64,000 bases of DNA. It comes from an uncultured virus (IMG/VR IMGVR_UViG_3300000117_000017). Its lineage: Duplodnaviria > Heunggongvirae > Uroviricota > Caudoviricetes. The DNA lies in the IMG/VR virus record IMGVR_UViG_3300000117_000017; one strand, written 5' to 3'. Every line of letters starts with the position of its first letter. Within the stretch, counting starts at the first letter, position 1. Made by a program: the position numbers and the translations under genes. Positions 47,917 through 57,078 of the stretch are shown here, one piece after another. Under the pieces are notes generated by a model. The model saw only the letters and a program-made list of their open reading frames with translations, was not told the origin of the DNA and ran no database searches.

Positions 47917-48127
47917 TTTTCACAGCTCCAAATAATTTATTTAAATCGACATAACCATAGTTGATGGCAAACAGTATTGCAACTATTATCATAATAACAA
48001 CTGCATTACGGAAGAACCAACCAACTATGGAAAAGAATACTCCTACAATCAATGCTCCAGCTACCGCGAAGAAGAGGAGTTGAAAATATAGTGGTAGCAT
48101 TGATTGTATCTCAGAAGGACTAGGCAT
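47879..48127 (-). CDS. Small membrane protein (2 TM)
   Basis: Two hydrophobic stretches. Confidence 0.6.
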   Translation of the reverse strand: MPSPSEIQSMLPLYFQLLFFAVAGALIVGVFFSIVGWFFRNAVVIMIIVAILFAINYGYVDLNKLFGAVKNDNASITNLLQQ

Positions 48128-48317
48128 ATAGCTCTAGCTCCTTTTGTGCTTCCTCAGGTGTGGCAAAGTAACCACTATACCTGTTGTAGGGCTGGATAAA
48201 TCCTTCGGAATTATCTATCTTACCCACATACCAACCGGCAGCTGAGGCCATAACGATGGCTTCTGATACGCCATCATTATCGAATTGAATGTCTTTGATT
48301 TCTTTAGTAAATTGCAT
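48120..48317 (-). CDS. Hypothetical early protein
   Basis: GGAG RBS behind promoter copy 2; SAAGWYVG...PY.R.SGYF.T.EEA. Confidence 0.6.
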   Translation of the reverse strand: MQFTKEIKDIQFDNDGVSEAIVMASAAGWYVGKIDNSEGFIQPYNRYSGYFATPEEAQKELELYA

Positions 48318-48354
48318 TTTAGTTTCTCCGCTTTTTTGATTATTTAATAGATAT

Positions 48355-48396
48355 ATTATACCATAGTTTTTATGGTTTGTAAAGGAAAAAATGCAT
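48355..48396 (-). promoter_or_regulatory. Early sigma70-type promoter, copy 2
   Basis: ATGCATTTTTTCC-TTTACA-17 nt-TATAAT, with downstream ATATCTATTAAATAAT identical to copy 1. Confidence 0.8.
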
Positions 48397-48426
48397 TTAA
48401 GTTAAAAAAAGTTATTAACATGTTAA

Positions 48427-48633
48427 TTACGTCTTGTATCTTTGAATATCGTTAGGACCAGAGATGCTAGGCATCTCCGGGCTTTTATTCCAATTAAAGA
48501 TATTTTGATTTTTAGCTTCTTCAAGCTCTTCAGTTAATTCTTTAATGCGCTTATACAAGGCATATTTTTCTTTAACTTCTTCAGCTATCTGCTTTTCTAA
48601 TAATTCAATTTTAGTGAATAGTTTCATCGTCAT
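48427..48633 (-). CDS. Hypothetical coiled-coil protein
   Basis: 68-aa ORF in an early operon. Confidence 0.5.
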   Translation of the reverse strand: MTMKLFTKIELLEKQIAEEVKEKYALYKRIKELTEELEEAKNQNIFNWNKSPEMPSISGPNDIQRYKT

Positions 48634-48808
48634 CTTCTAAATCCAATTTAAATACGAATTCCATTCCATTATCATTATGAGCTTGATGAACCATTTCTCC
48701 AAGCGTATAATTTTCATCTTCAACAGTAAAGACGATTTCATTTTCTTCGTCAAACTTTTTTAGTTTTTCTTTTTTAAAATTTATTACATTTGATTTTTTC
48801 TTAGTCAT
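48611..48808 (-). CDS. Hypothetical acidic protein
   Basis: AGGAG RBS; NVINF motif. Confidence 0.55.
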   Translation of the reverse strand: MTKKKSNVINFKKEKLKKFDEENEIVFTVEDENYTLGEMVHQAHNDNGMEFVFKLDLEDDDETIH

Positions 48809-48817
48809 TTATTTCTC

Positions 48818-49090
48818 CTATTTAAAGCTCCAGCCGATATTGGCTTTAGCCCAATCATTTCCCATGTCTTCAATGATAGCTAACACAGCATTGTCTCTTG
48901 GTAATGTGTCCATTTCTGAAAGTTTATTTTCAGCTCTGTTAAATTTACCACCAAGTATGTGTGTAAGAACTGCGGCTGTATCAGCTGCGTCTTGAGTGTA
49001 CATGGATGCCATGTCTTCTTTAATGGCCCACTTGGACTTTGACTGTTTTGTGTAATCTTTAACTAGGTTTTTTAAATTTTTAAATGACAT
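48818..49090 (-). CDS. Hypothetical early protein
   Basis: GAGGAG RBS before ATG 49090 (MSFKNL), behind promoter copy 3. Confidence 0.6.
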   Translation of the reverse strand: MSFKNLKNLVKDYTKQSKSKWAIKEDMASMYTQDAADTAAVLTHILGGKFNRAENKLSEMDTLPRDNAVLAIIEDMGNDWAKANIGWSFK

Positions 49091-49122
49091 TATAAACTCC
49101 TCTTTTATCATTTTATAGTACT

Positions 49123-49164
49123 ATTATACTACAGTTTTACGTAAATGTAAAGGAAAAAATGCAT
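49123..49164 (-). promoter_or_regulatory. Early sigma70-type promoter, copy 3
   Basis: ATGCATTTTTTCC-TTTACA-17 nt-TATAAT. Confidence 0.8.
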
Positions 49165-49182
49165 TTTATTTAAAATAAATTA

Positions 49183-49584
49183 TTAACTTGTTAAATGTTT
49201 TGCATGTATTTTACAACCTATAAAGTTATTGTAATAATCTTTACGTAATAGAACATCATTATCAAACTGCATCTTTGCTTCATGATAAGACATTTCACCT
49301 TTTGTTTTACAGAGTTTTATTATTTCTCTTTTAAACTTTTCGGTTCCGCGTTCTTCCACAAGTTTGCATACTTCATTTGATGAACCGTAGTATTGTTTCC
49401 AATCAGATTCAATACGCGTTCGTACTCTTCTCTTACGTGTTTTAGTGATGGGGAGGGTCTTGGGTTTCCAGAAGTTCTTCTTTCCAATATATTTTTTGTT
49501 AGTGTCAAGTTCGGTAATTTGGTAAACAAATCCTTGGTATTCCTCTGGTGCTATATTATATTCTTCATTATTAAAAATCCACAT
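49183..49584 (-). CDS. GIY-YIG-like nuclease family protein
   Basis: GFVY.IT......KYIGKK, W..YYGSS, F.REI, E, YYN. Confidence 0.75.
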   Translation of the reverse strand: MWIFNNEEYNIAPEEYQGFVYQITELDTNKKYIGKKNFWKPKTLPITKTRKRRVRTRIESDWKQYYGSSNEVCKLVEERGTEKFKREIIKLCKTKGEMSYHEAKMQFDNDVLLRKDYYNNFIGCKIHAKHLTS

Positions 49585-49706
49585 TATTGTTCAACTTCTT
49601 TAGCTTCAGCTCTTCTTCCGCAAATAGAACAGAATATAGGTTTTTCTTCTGAAGCAACATAAGAAACATTGTCACATTCTTCACACTCGATCTCGTAATC
49701 CTTCAA
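49584..49706 (-). CDS. Small zinc-ribbon protein (40 aa, TTG start)
   Basis: Manual translation KDYEIECEECDNVSYVASEEKPIFCSICGRRAE; two CxxC. Confidence 0.55.
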   Translation of the reverse strand: MKDYEIECEECDNVSYVASEEKPIFCSICGRRAEAKEVEQ

Positions 49707-49887
49707 TGATCTCTCTCTTTCTTTTGTCGGATGCTTTGAACCACTCAGCTATTTCATGAGTAGTTCTTCCACATCCTATGCATGTGTCATTTTCGACTTT
49801 ACATATTTTCACACAAGGTGAGATAATGTTAGAAATCGATTTCACAGGCGCCACCTGCACAGGCGGCTGCAGCGAGTGTATCAACAT
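49681..49887 (-). CDS. DUF1289-like cysteine-rich protein (true start probably downstream)
   Basis: SPCVKICK....CIGCGRT..EI.EW. Confidence 0.65.
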   Translation of the reverse strand: MLIHSLQPPVQVAPVKSISNIISPCVKICKVENDTCIGCGRTTHEIAEWFKASDKRKREIIEGLRDRV

Positions 49888-52042
49888 CAGTATACTTCTT
49901 TTCTGTTATATCTTCTTTCCAATCAATCTGTTTTAAGTTTGATTGTATTTTTTTCCATTTGTGTAATAGGTATGCATCTTTCAAACAACCTTCAGAAACT
50001 TTCTTGTCTCCATCACAATAGTTATTTGCAAAGTTTTCAAACCTACGTACCCAATCTTTTCTTGCAGAATTTTCTGAAGATTCTACTGATAGATCTAAAC
50101 CAAAACCATTTGCGGTTGAACAAGCATCCCATAAATTTGGAAATACTTTAAGAGCATCAACCACTAAACCAGATGCAAATATTGATGCATCGCCATATTT
50201 CTTAACCATAGTTTTAGAATCGATAACACCAGTGTTTGGTGCTTGATTATAATCTTTATCGCCAGTCATTGCTAAGAATGAAATTCCTGCAAATGCATCA
50301 CGGTTTTCATAAACATATTTTTCTACGTTATCCCAATCATCTACAATGATTGTATTAGATACGTTATGTCTTATACCTTTGTCTGCACAAAGTTCTTCAT
50401 TAGTTCCAGTTTCAACCCAATGCTTTTGAGCTTTCTTAACAAGTTCAAGATGTTTAATACCTAATAAATCATCTTTATACATAGAACCTTTTTTAGGTAG
50501 TATTGGAAATGAAACAACGACATCAGTTCCTGTTGATGACCAAACAGATTCCTCAACCATGTAAGGATTAGTTTTCATAATAGCTTGAGTTATTTCTGAT
50601 TCTTTATTCATTTGAACATTTCTTATATACATATTAGAATGTTCTGCGTGAATACCTGAAGCGGTCTGTAGTAATACAGATGCGTTACCACTTGGCTTTA
50701 CACAAGTAGTTCTTGCTGCTGGATTAATACCTATTATTTGCGCAACTTCTCTGTTAACTTCTTTAACAATCTTTGCACCTTTTTCTAATATCTTTTCATC
50801 GAAAAGAATATCAGGATTATTCATCCATCCCGTAATCGAGACTCCAAGCAATGCTTCTCTATCAAATATCAATTTAGAAGTATCGGTTAAAAACTTAAAG
50901 TCTGTGTACCCTGCTTGTAGGGTACCGAGGATAGACGCAGCTCGGCATGCCTTATAGAAGTCTTCCTCGGTATTGCATTTCCCTCCGTTGATTTCAGTAA
51001 GGTTACATCCTTGCCAACCTGACTTTTTATTAATCTGCGGATACATACCAATCTCTACACATGGATTTGTAGTATGTTCTGTAGACTCAACGAAAACGAA
51101 TCCTGGTTCACCGAATTGCTTGACTGATTCCATAATCTTGCCAAACTCTTCTGGTGTGGTCTTATCTCTCACAATAACTGCAGAGTTATTAGACCTTCCT
51201 CTTTGAGGATTATCCATGAACCAATTGCCAGTTTTTGCATTCATCATTTCTTCATCATCAGGCGAAAAAAGACAAATGGTTGCTGACCTACGTACACCTC
51301 CAGACAATACCGCATCAGCTGCATGCATTGTTATATCGTATGCGTTTATAGGTTTAATTGCTATTGGTTCTTTGGAATCTAATACAATACCTTGAAGTAA
51401 GTGTTCTATTTTATCTAGTGATTTACGTAAACCTTCTGGCCCTGGTGCTTTAAAGCCACCAGATATTTTTGCGCCTTTAGGCCTTATTTGCGATAAATCA
51501 AAGAATACTCTTCTTCCTTCGTAGTCTGGATATTTACCTCCACCAACGAAAAAAGATGACATAAGAATGTCTAAAGCTGAAGCCCAACCTTCAATTGAAT
51601 CTTCAACTATATAACCTTTCGCTTGTTTAGTTCTGTTTTGTATTTTAGGTAGTTTTTTGATATGATGTTTCTGTACAGAAAATCCTGCACCTGCACCACA
51701 TAACAATATGTAGAACACTTCACCAAAAAACTCCGGTCTGTTAATATACGAAGATGTACAATTATACATCCTCATTTGATGTTTCATTAATTGATCACCG
51801 CCAAATTGTAAAGCTCTTTGAGCACCAAGAACTCGCTGCTCTTTATAAGCACTTCGAGCTTCTTCTACAAACGGCTGTAGTCTATTATTATTAGTAATAT
51901 AATGTTGTTCGTGCATATCAATTACACGATCCACAGCCTCATCCCAAGTTTCGTATCTGCGGTCACTCTCTATAAAACGTGAATAACCTTCGTAAAACTT
52001 AGTTTGAGACAAAAAATTCCTTGTGTCAACAGATTGTTGCAT
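49829..52042 (-). CDS. nrdJ: Class II (adenosylcobalamin-dependent) ribonucleotide reductase
   Basis: MYNC, GGVRRSA, TNPCVEI, CNLTE, TTCVKPSG, C-terminal CAGGAC; no nrdB adjacent. Confidence 0.85.
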   Translation of the reverse strand: MQQSVDTRNFLSQTKFYEGYSRFIESDRRYETWDEAVDRVIDMHEQHYITNNNRLQPFVEEARSAYKEQRVLGAQRALQFGGDQLMKHQMRMYNCTSSYINRPEFFGEVFYILLCGAGAGFSVQKHHIKKLPKIQNRTKQAKGYIVEDSIEGWASALDILMSSFFVGGGKYPDYEGRRVFFDLSQIRPKGAKISGGFKAPGPEGLRKSLDKIEHLLQGIVLDSKEPIAIKPINAYDITMHAADAVLSGGVRRSATICLFSPDDEEMMNAKTGNWFMDNPQRGRSNNSAVIVRDKTTPEEFGKIMESVKQFGEPGFVFVESTEHTTNPCVEIGMYPQINKKSGWQGCNLTEINGGKCNTEEDFYKACRAASILGTLQAGYTDFKFLTDTSKLIFDREALLGVSITGWMNNPDILFDEKILEKGAKIVKEVNREVAQIIGINPAARTTCVKPSGNASVLLQTASGIHAEHSNMYIRNVQMNKESEITQAIMKTNPYMVEESVWSSTGTDVVVSFPILPKKGSMYKDDLLGIKHLELVKKAQKHWVETGTNEELCADKGIRHNVSNTIIVDDWDNVEKYVYENRDAFAGISFLAMTGDKDYNQAPNTGVIDSKTMVKKYGDASIFASGLVVDALKVFPNLWDACSTANGFGLDLSVESSENSARKDWVRRFENFANNYCDGDKKVSEGCLKDAYLLHKWKKIQSNLKQIDWKEDITEKKYTDVDTLAAAACAGGACEIDF

Positions 52043-52077
52043 TTTCTTACCTCTTATCTTTTTTGATTGTTGTATCT

Positions 52078-52108
52078 ATTATATATTAAAAAACAACTTT
52101 TGTAAAGG
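52078..52108 (-). promoter_or_regulatory. sigma70-type promoter for nrdJ
   Basis: CC-TTTACA-17 nt-TATAAT. Confidence 0.7.
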
Positions 52109-52110
52109 AC

Positions 52111-52335
52111 TTATTCACCATCTTTTGAAAAATATTTTTCAATCATTTCAATTCTATCATATGCTGCTGCCATCTTATCGAGTTCTGCCATGACAGCTTC
52201 AGTAATATCACTGTGTTCTCCAATACCTGCTGGCATTGTTTGATATACACTAATGTTAGCTTTATGAACTTCAAGTTCTCCTTCAGCTTGTTTCTTAGCT
52301 GCTAGTATTATTTGATCGCCTACTTTCATAATCAT
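52111..52335 (-). CDS. Conserved hypothetical protein
   Basis: HKANI.VY...PAGIGEHSDI.EA...EL motif common in marine T4-like phages. Confidence 0.7.
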   Translation of the reverse strand: MIMKVGDQIILAAKKQAEGELEVHKANISVYQTMPAGIGEHSDITEAVMAELDKMAAAYDRIEMIEKYFSKDGE

Positions 52336-52338
52336 CTC

Positions 52339-52923
52339 CTATATAATTTTTGCGTTCACTTTTCTGTGTTTGTTCCAAGCAACGAATCCACCTATTCTTA
52401 ATGCCCAATAAGCTAATTTATTTAATAGATGAAATCCATTTTGTTCGATATTTATATCACGAAATATTAGATCTGCTTTTTTCTGAGTAATATTTCCTAT
52501 AGTTTTCTTTTTATTTATTTTCAATAATGTTTCATACTTGTATGCAAAGTCATGTACTAGTCCACCCATTAACAATACACCTGTAGGTGATAGCCATGTA
52601 TGTAAGAATTTTGGAATAGATGCACCGTCAAAAGTAAATCCTGCAGGAATGACATACCAGTCTCCTTCAATTCTATAAGTCCAGTCTTCTGCAACTTTCC
52701 AATTACGTGTACCTATTAGCCACATCCATATTGCTCCCCAAAAACCTTTACCTGCTGTGGGTATTGCAATAGGTTGTAGCTTTGGCATTTCTTTATATTC
52801 AAATCCAATGATAACATCATCACAATCAACGCCAAACATATTAATTATAAGACCTATAATAATTAATATTCCAACTACTGTAAATTGCCACCAAGTAACA
52901 AGTTGATCTATTACGAATTCCAT
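52339..52923 (-). CDS. DUF1353-like protein with N-terminal TM helix
   Basis: IPAGF.FDGASIP, LVHD.AY, ..KAD.IF, Y.A.R.GG..AW. Confidence 0.7.
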   Translation of the reverse strand: MEFVIDQLVTWWQFTVVGILIIIGLIINMFGVDCDDVIIGFEYKEMPKLQPIAIPTAGKGFWGAIWMWLIGTRNWKVAEDWTYRIEGDWYVIPAGFTFDGASIPKFLHTWLSPTGVLLMGGLVHDFAYKYETLLKINKKKTIGNITQKKADLIFRDINIEQNGFHLLNKLAYWALRIGGFVAWNKHRKVNAKII

Positions 52924-53285
52924 TACTTTTTCTCCTCTTTAGGTTTTACTGCTTCTTCATAGTAAAAAATAATTTGGTTCTGTTGTTCTATATATCTTTT
53001 TATTTGCTCGAAATTAATTGCTAAATTTTTAAATGATTGTGGATCTAAACCGTATATTACAAATTCACCCATACCAGCTTTGACTTTCTTTATAACTTCT
53101 GGTAAGTTCTTTTCAGTTATCACTATAACCTTAACATCCAACATCTGTATAGGCTTAACTTTCTGTGCTACAGCAATAGTAGGAGTTATAACCTTTTCAA
53201 CAGTTACTATTTCTTTTTCTGGTTTCCAACTACAACTACTTAGTAGCAGCGTTGATGCCACCAAACATTTTGTTAACCTGTTCAT
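52923..53285 (-). CDS. o-spanin (Rz1-like lipoprotein)
   Basis: Signal with lipobox LLSSC; overlaps the 3' end of the i-spanin. Confidence 0.7.
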   Translation of the reverse strand: MNRLTKCLVASTLLLSSCSWKPEKEIVTVEKVITPTIAVAQKVKPIQMLDVKVIVITEKNLPEVIKKVKAGMGEFVIYGLDPQSFKNLAINFEQIKRYIEQQNQIIFYYEEAVKPKEEKK

Positions 53286-53610
53286 TAATTCTCTCTTCTT
53301 GACCTATGGGATCTGCTAAGCTATTTTTAATTATATCAGTTTTAGCAAGTAGGTTTGAAATCTTCTTGTTATTTTCTTCGGCGATAGTTAACTTGTTATT
53401 TAAGTCTTTAGTTAACTTAATTTGCTTTTGCATATTTTCTTGTAGTGATTTTATTGTAGAATCTTTTGACTTAACTGCAACTTCAAGTTTTGCATTATTA
53501 TCTCGAAGTGTAGCCATACGTTGCATAGTGTCATTGTAAATAAAGTAAGCACCATAGCCAATACCTGCTAGTATAGCAAGCACAAATATAAAGATGTATA
53601 GCCTAGCCAT
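53236..53610 (-). CDS. i-spanin (Rz-like)
   Basis: N-terminal TM followed by a long coiled coil. Confidence 0.7.
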   Translation of the reverse strand: MARLYIFIFVLAILAGIGYGAYFIYNDTMQRMATLRDNNAKLEVAVKSKDSTIKSLQENMQKQIKLTKDLNNKLTIAEENNKKISNLLAKTDIIKNSLADPIGQEERINEQVNKMFGGINAATK

Positions 53611-54139
53611 GATCTTCTATATATTTTCTAAATCGTTTTAGCATAACTGGAAATTTATCTTTGCGTCTTCTTCTATCATGCACGTAGTTTGGACCCATAG
53701 CTGTTGCAGCCGGGTTGGGTATAGACGCTGTGCTTGTAGACGGAACATCTTCACTTGCAGCTTGAGCAGATGCCATGTTTTCAGGAGATGGTGCACCCTT
53801 CTCACCTTTCTTTCTCATCTTTTTTCCAGATGCTCGACGCATACGAATGTTGTGCCATAGACCTAAATTCTTTTCTTCTATATTTTCTTTTTGCATAGCT
53901 TCTATCTTCTCCATTTCGTCTGTAGCTTCATGCATATCTGTGTTCGCACTTTTGCCAGATTGTTTAACTACTCTTAAAGGATTACCAATTAACCGTTCAT
54001 ATTTCTTATGTGCAGCTTTTGCCTTTTCTTCAGAACTGTAATAAGCAAACACGTATCGAGATTTTGGAGCACTCGGTTGTACTAACATATGTGTATATGG
54101 TTTTACTTTAGTACCTTTTTGCCTACCAGCTATTCTCAT
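53603..54139 (-). CDS. Basic protein, putative internal head protein
   Basis: EE.NLGLWHNI..RRA.GKKMRKKGEKGAP module; Glu-bounded segments. Confidence 0.55.
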   Translation of the reverse strand: MRIAGRQKGTKVKPYTHMLVQPSAPKSRYVFAYYSSEEKAKAAHKKYERLIGNPLRVVKQSGKSANTDMHEATDEMEKIEAMQKENIEEKNLGLWHNIRMRRASGKKMRKKGEKGAPSPENMASAQAASEDVPSTSTASIPNPAATAMGPNYVHDRRRRKDKFPVMLKRFRKYIEDHG

Positions 54140-54717
54140 CTAATTAACTCACTTGCAGTTACATATACTTGTTTGTTAGTGTTTACATGTAATGCTTCAT
54201 ATATATCTACACCAAACACATCACCTATAGGATAACATTCATCTTGTATTCTTACTTGATCTTTTGGCCAAACAAGTTCTGCACAAGATTCGTTTATAAG
54301 TTTAGCATTCTTAATTCTATAGATGCCGGGTGATAACTGTTTTTCATCTAATAAAAACCATTCATTCTTCTCATTTAAAAAATCTAATACTTCAATATTA
54401 CATTTCTTACAAATATCTTCTATTCCTTTTTGTCCGACTTTTTCTTTAATGAGGAAAAGCGCTGACGCAAAAGATCCGAGTTTACTTCCACCTCCTGGAA
54501 GTTTTGCAACGAGCCTTTTAAGGTTAGCGGCAAGGCGAATAAAAGGAGTATAAGCAGACTTTTTTTCATCGTCGTTCAATTTTACATCTTTCTGTCTTTT
54601 GCCATTTTCATCAATGATACCTAATTTATAAGCATCCCAATCTTTCCAATCCATAGCCATCATGCGTATAAATCTAAAAGTGTATGTTATGTCTGCTGCT
54701 CTTTTAAGTATTCCCAT
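54136..54717 (-). CDS. Conserved T4-like hypothetical protein
   Basis: YTFRFI......W..WDAYKLGIIDENG, AYT.F.RL..NLKRL, ASALFLIKE. Confidence 0.7.
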   Translation of the reverse strand: MGILKRAADITYTFRFIRMMAMDWKDWDAYKLGIIDENGKRQKDVKLNDDEKKSAYTPFIRLAANLKRLVAKLPGGGSKLGSFASALFLIKEKVGQKGIEDICKKCNIEVLDFLNEKNEWFLLDEKQLSPGIYRIKNAKLINESCAELVWPKDQVRIQDECYPIGDVFGVDIYEALHVNTNKQVYVTASELIR

Positions 54718-55085
54718 TAAATTTTCCTCAAAGCATCAACCACATTAGGGTCCATCATAATTCCTGTATATTGATCATTTTTAATATAATTTAAAAATAT
54801 TAAAAATGGTTTTACTACTGGCCAGTGCTTTTCTTCTAATTTTAAATCTAATATATTTAAAGCAGCTTCAATACCAAACATATTAAAAATCACTATTAAA
54901 TGATTTAATACAAGTCGTTCAGATAGTTCGTCTGATTCTATATAACGATTCAACAATCTCTTAACATATTTGAATCTTTTCAAATCTTCATTGAAATCAT
55001 CTATATCAGAAAACCTAGGGTTACTATAATGCTTAGCGGCATACAGTAACAAATTCTTTTCAGTTAGTTCTTTAAATATTAGCAT
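54717..55085 (-). CDS. Conserved T4-like hypothetical protein
   Basis: YAAKHY.NP, F.EDLKRFKY.KRLL.RY, ERL.LNHLI..FN.FG. Confidence 0.75.
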   Translation of the reverse strand: MLIFKELTEKNLLLYAAKHYSNPRFSDIDDFNEDLKRFKYVKRLLNRYIESDELSERLVLNHLIVIFNMFGIEAALNILDLKLEEKHWPVVKPFLIFLNYIKNDQYTGIMMDPNVVDALRKI

Positions 55086-55103
55086 AAAATTATATATTCA
55101 AAT

Positions 55104-55439
55104 TTAAAGTACTTCTTTAAGCTCCTGAATTAAATCTGCCTTATTTTTTCTTCTATCAAGTTCAACACCGTGTTCGCGTCCTACTGCTTCAAGTTCTATC
55201 TTTGTCATAGATCCTAACTCACTTGGAAGTGTATCATCTACAATAAGTTCTGCTTTGGCTTCTTCCATTGTTGTAGGAGATTCCTTTAGCATAGCGACTG
55301 TAGGTTTAACACCGTAAAATTCATCTATTTGATCACTTGTTATTTTCCTTGAAACTAATAGTTCATTTGTTCTAGGATGTCTCCAACCAGATGGAGTAGG
55401 TACTGCATCTTTCTGAAAGTTAGGTGGTAATATGGCCAT
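55104..55439 (-). CDS. Hypothetical protein with C-terminal Rho-N/HeH-like motif
   Basis: MTKIELEA.GREHGVELDRRKNKADLI. Confidence 0.55.
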   Translation of the reverse strand: MAILPPNFQKDAVPTPSGWRHPRTNELLVSRKITSDQIDEFYGVKPTVAMLKESPTTMEEAKAELIVDDTLPSELGSMTKIELEAVGREHGVELDRRKNKADLIQELKEVL

Positions 55440-55454
55440 AATTAGTTTTTCCTT

Positions 55455-56495
55455 TTACTTATAAATTTCAGGATGCATAGTTTTATGATCCCCATCATAG
55501 TGTTTCTTTAAATATTTTTGTAAGTTAGCTTTTGTACCAGTTGCATCTACTGCGTATGGACCAGCTTTTGGATTTTTCTTAATAGTTATACCGTGCTTCT
55601 TTTCATGGCTACCGGTTTTACCTGTAGTATGATCGATATCAACAGTATGTATTTTATTCATGTCTTCTACCGTCGCAACTGCATCTAATAAAGTATTAGA
55701 TATTTTACTACCGAACATTCCGTATTCTTCAGCTGTTACTATCTTTGCAGATGGGTCATTTACTGGGGTTGCACTAGGTTTAATACTAAGATCACCTTTG
55801 TTCTGATCACCTTTTCTCATCTTCTTTCCGGGTGCACTTTTCTTAATAGCATCTGCAGTATCTTTTGCAGCTTTCATACCATCGGCTTCAACAGTCTTTG
55901 GTGTTTTCATCATATCCATTGCGCCTTTAGAAGACTTTTGTTTTTCATCATACTCTTCAGGTTTAGTTGCGCCTTTATAATGAGCTGCTCTATCACCTTC
56001 GTATAATGATAATAATTTTTCTCTAAAGGTCATTGTACTTTCTTTCTGATCTGCAATCTTAGTTGCTAAGTCTTTTTTCATAGTAACCGGATGAGTTTTT
56101 CCGCCAAAGCTGAAATTCTTTTTTCCATCTTTTGCAGCTGCCGCTGCCGCACCATGAAAAGCTGTTCTTTCGTTTGCAGGAATATCTTCAGGTATATGAT
56201 ACTTGACACTTTCAGATTTTACTGATTCTTTTTTTGCTCTTGAATCATAATGATCTTTATGCTTATCATGAGTTCTATCATACTGAGGTAATTTATCATA
56301 GTCATGACCATCTTTTTTAGCAAGTTCTTTTGCTTTTTGTAAATGATAATAACCGTGATCACCTGCAGTTTTACCTATAGATTCTTTTTTTTCTTTTTTC
56401 TTAACTCTTTCACCTGTTGCATAATGATAATCATCAGCTTCTTTTAGGACCTCGTTATTGGCCCTATGTTTTCTGAATGGATTTGTGTTAAACAT
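55455..56495 (-). CDS. Basic modular protein, putative internal head protein
   Basis: K/H-rich modules separated by KEA/KES/EE; internal MTFREKLLSLYE. Confidence 0.55.
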   Translation of the reverse strand: MFNTNPFRKHRANNEVLKEADDYHYATGERVKKKEKKESIGKTAGDHGYYHLQKAKELAKKDGHDYDKLPQYDRTHDKHKDHYDSRAKKESVKSESVKYHIPEDIPANERTAFHGAAAAAAKDGKKNFSFGGKTHPVTMKKDLATKIADQKESTMTFREKLLSLYEGDRAAHYKGATKPEEYDEKQKSSKGAMDMMKTPKTVEADGMKAAKDTADAIKKSAPGKKMRKGDQNKGDLSIKPSATPVNDPSAKIVTAEEYGMFGSKISNTLLDAVATVEDMNKIHTVDIDHTTGKTGSHEKKHGITIKKNPKAGPYAVDATGTKANLQKYLKKHYDGDHKTMHPEIYK

Positions 56496-56507
56496 TGTTG
56501 TCTCCTT

Positions 56508-56864
56508 TTACATCCACATGTGGGCCACATAGGCTCCTACTGCAGCAACCATTGCCGCGTATACCACTTTATTTATAATACCGACAGTTCTTGCGTTATC
56601 GTCAACCGCCTTTTGAATATCGTCTAATTTTATTGATAACTTATTGAGTCTATCTCTCATGTTATCATGGTCATCTTGCAATGCTATAATCTTCTCCTCT
56701 GCTCTGGCTAAAGAAATCATAGCGTCCGCTAATTTATCTATCTTACTTTCGATTCTATCGAGTCTAGCGGCATTTGTTTGAGAAGTTTCTGACACTATAG
56801 ACACTGCTTCGGATTTAGCCATTTCTAACTCCATCCTTAATTGTTTTATGAGATCCTTGTCCAT
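56508..56864 (-). CDS. Coiled-coil protein with C-terminal TM helix
   Basis: RLDRIESKIDKL.DAMISLARAEEKI; hydrophobic C-terminus. Confidence 0.6.
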   Translation of the reverse strand: MDKDLIKQLRMELEMAKSEAVSIVSETSQTNAARLDRIESKIDKLADAMISLARAEEKIIALQDDHDNMRDRLNKLSIKLDDIQKAVDDNARTVGIINKVVYAAMVAAVGAYVAHMWM

Positions 56865-56939
56865 AAATATATTTATTAGTTAACATGTTATTTACACTAA
56901 TATAAACTTGTCTTTTATTTACTGTCAGGTTTTTGACAC

Positions 56940-57077
56940 TCATTTTCCTTGACCTCTATATTTTTTTAAACTTCTTCTTTTATGTTTATTCATAGTTGAA
57001 GTTATAGGTTTACGACCGATTGTAGTTCCATGCTTATTAGGTTCATGTGTTGAAACTGGTTTAAACATCTTTGCCAT
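56940..57077 (-). CDS. Small basic protein (45 aa)
   Basis: MAK...STMNKHKRRSLKKYRGQGK; start moved to ATG 57077. Confidence 0.6.
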   Translation of the reverse strand: MAKMFKPVSTHEPNKHGTTIGRKPITSTMNKHKRRSLKKYRGQGK

Positions 57078-57078
57078 A

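Noticed and set aside
49183..49584. Mobile homing endonuclease or intron
   Set aside because: A short single-domain GIY-YIG-like ORF with no DNA-binding extension and no interrupted host gene
50906..50970. Hairpins inside nrdJ as an intron or riboswitch remnant
   Set aside because: The reading frame is continuous through conserved motifs and the stems are short
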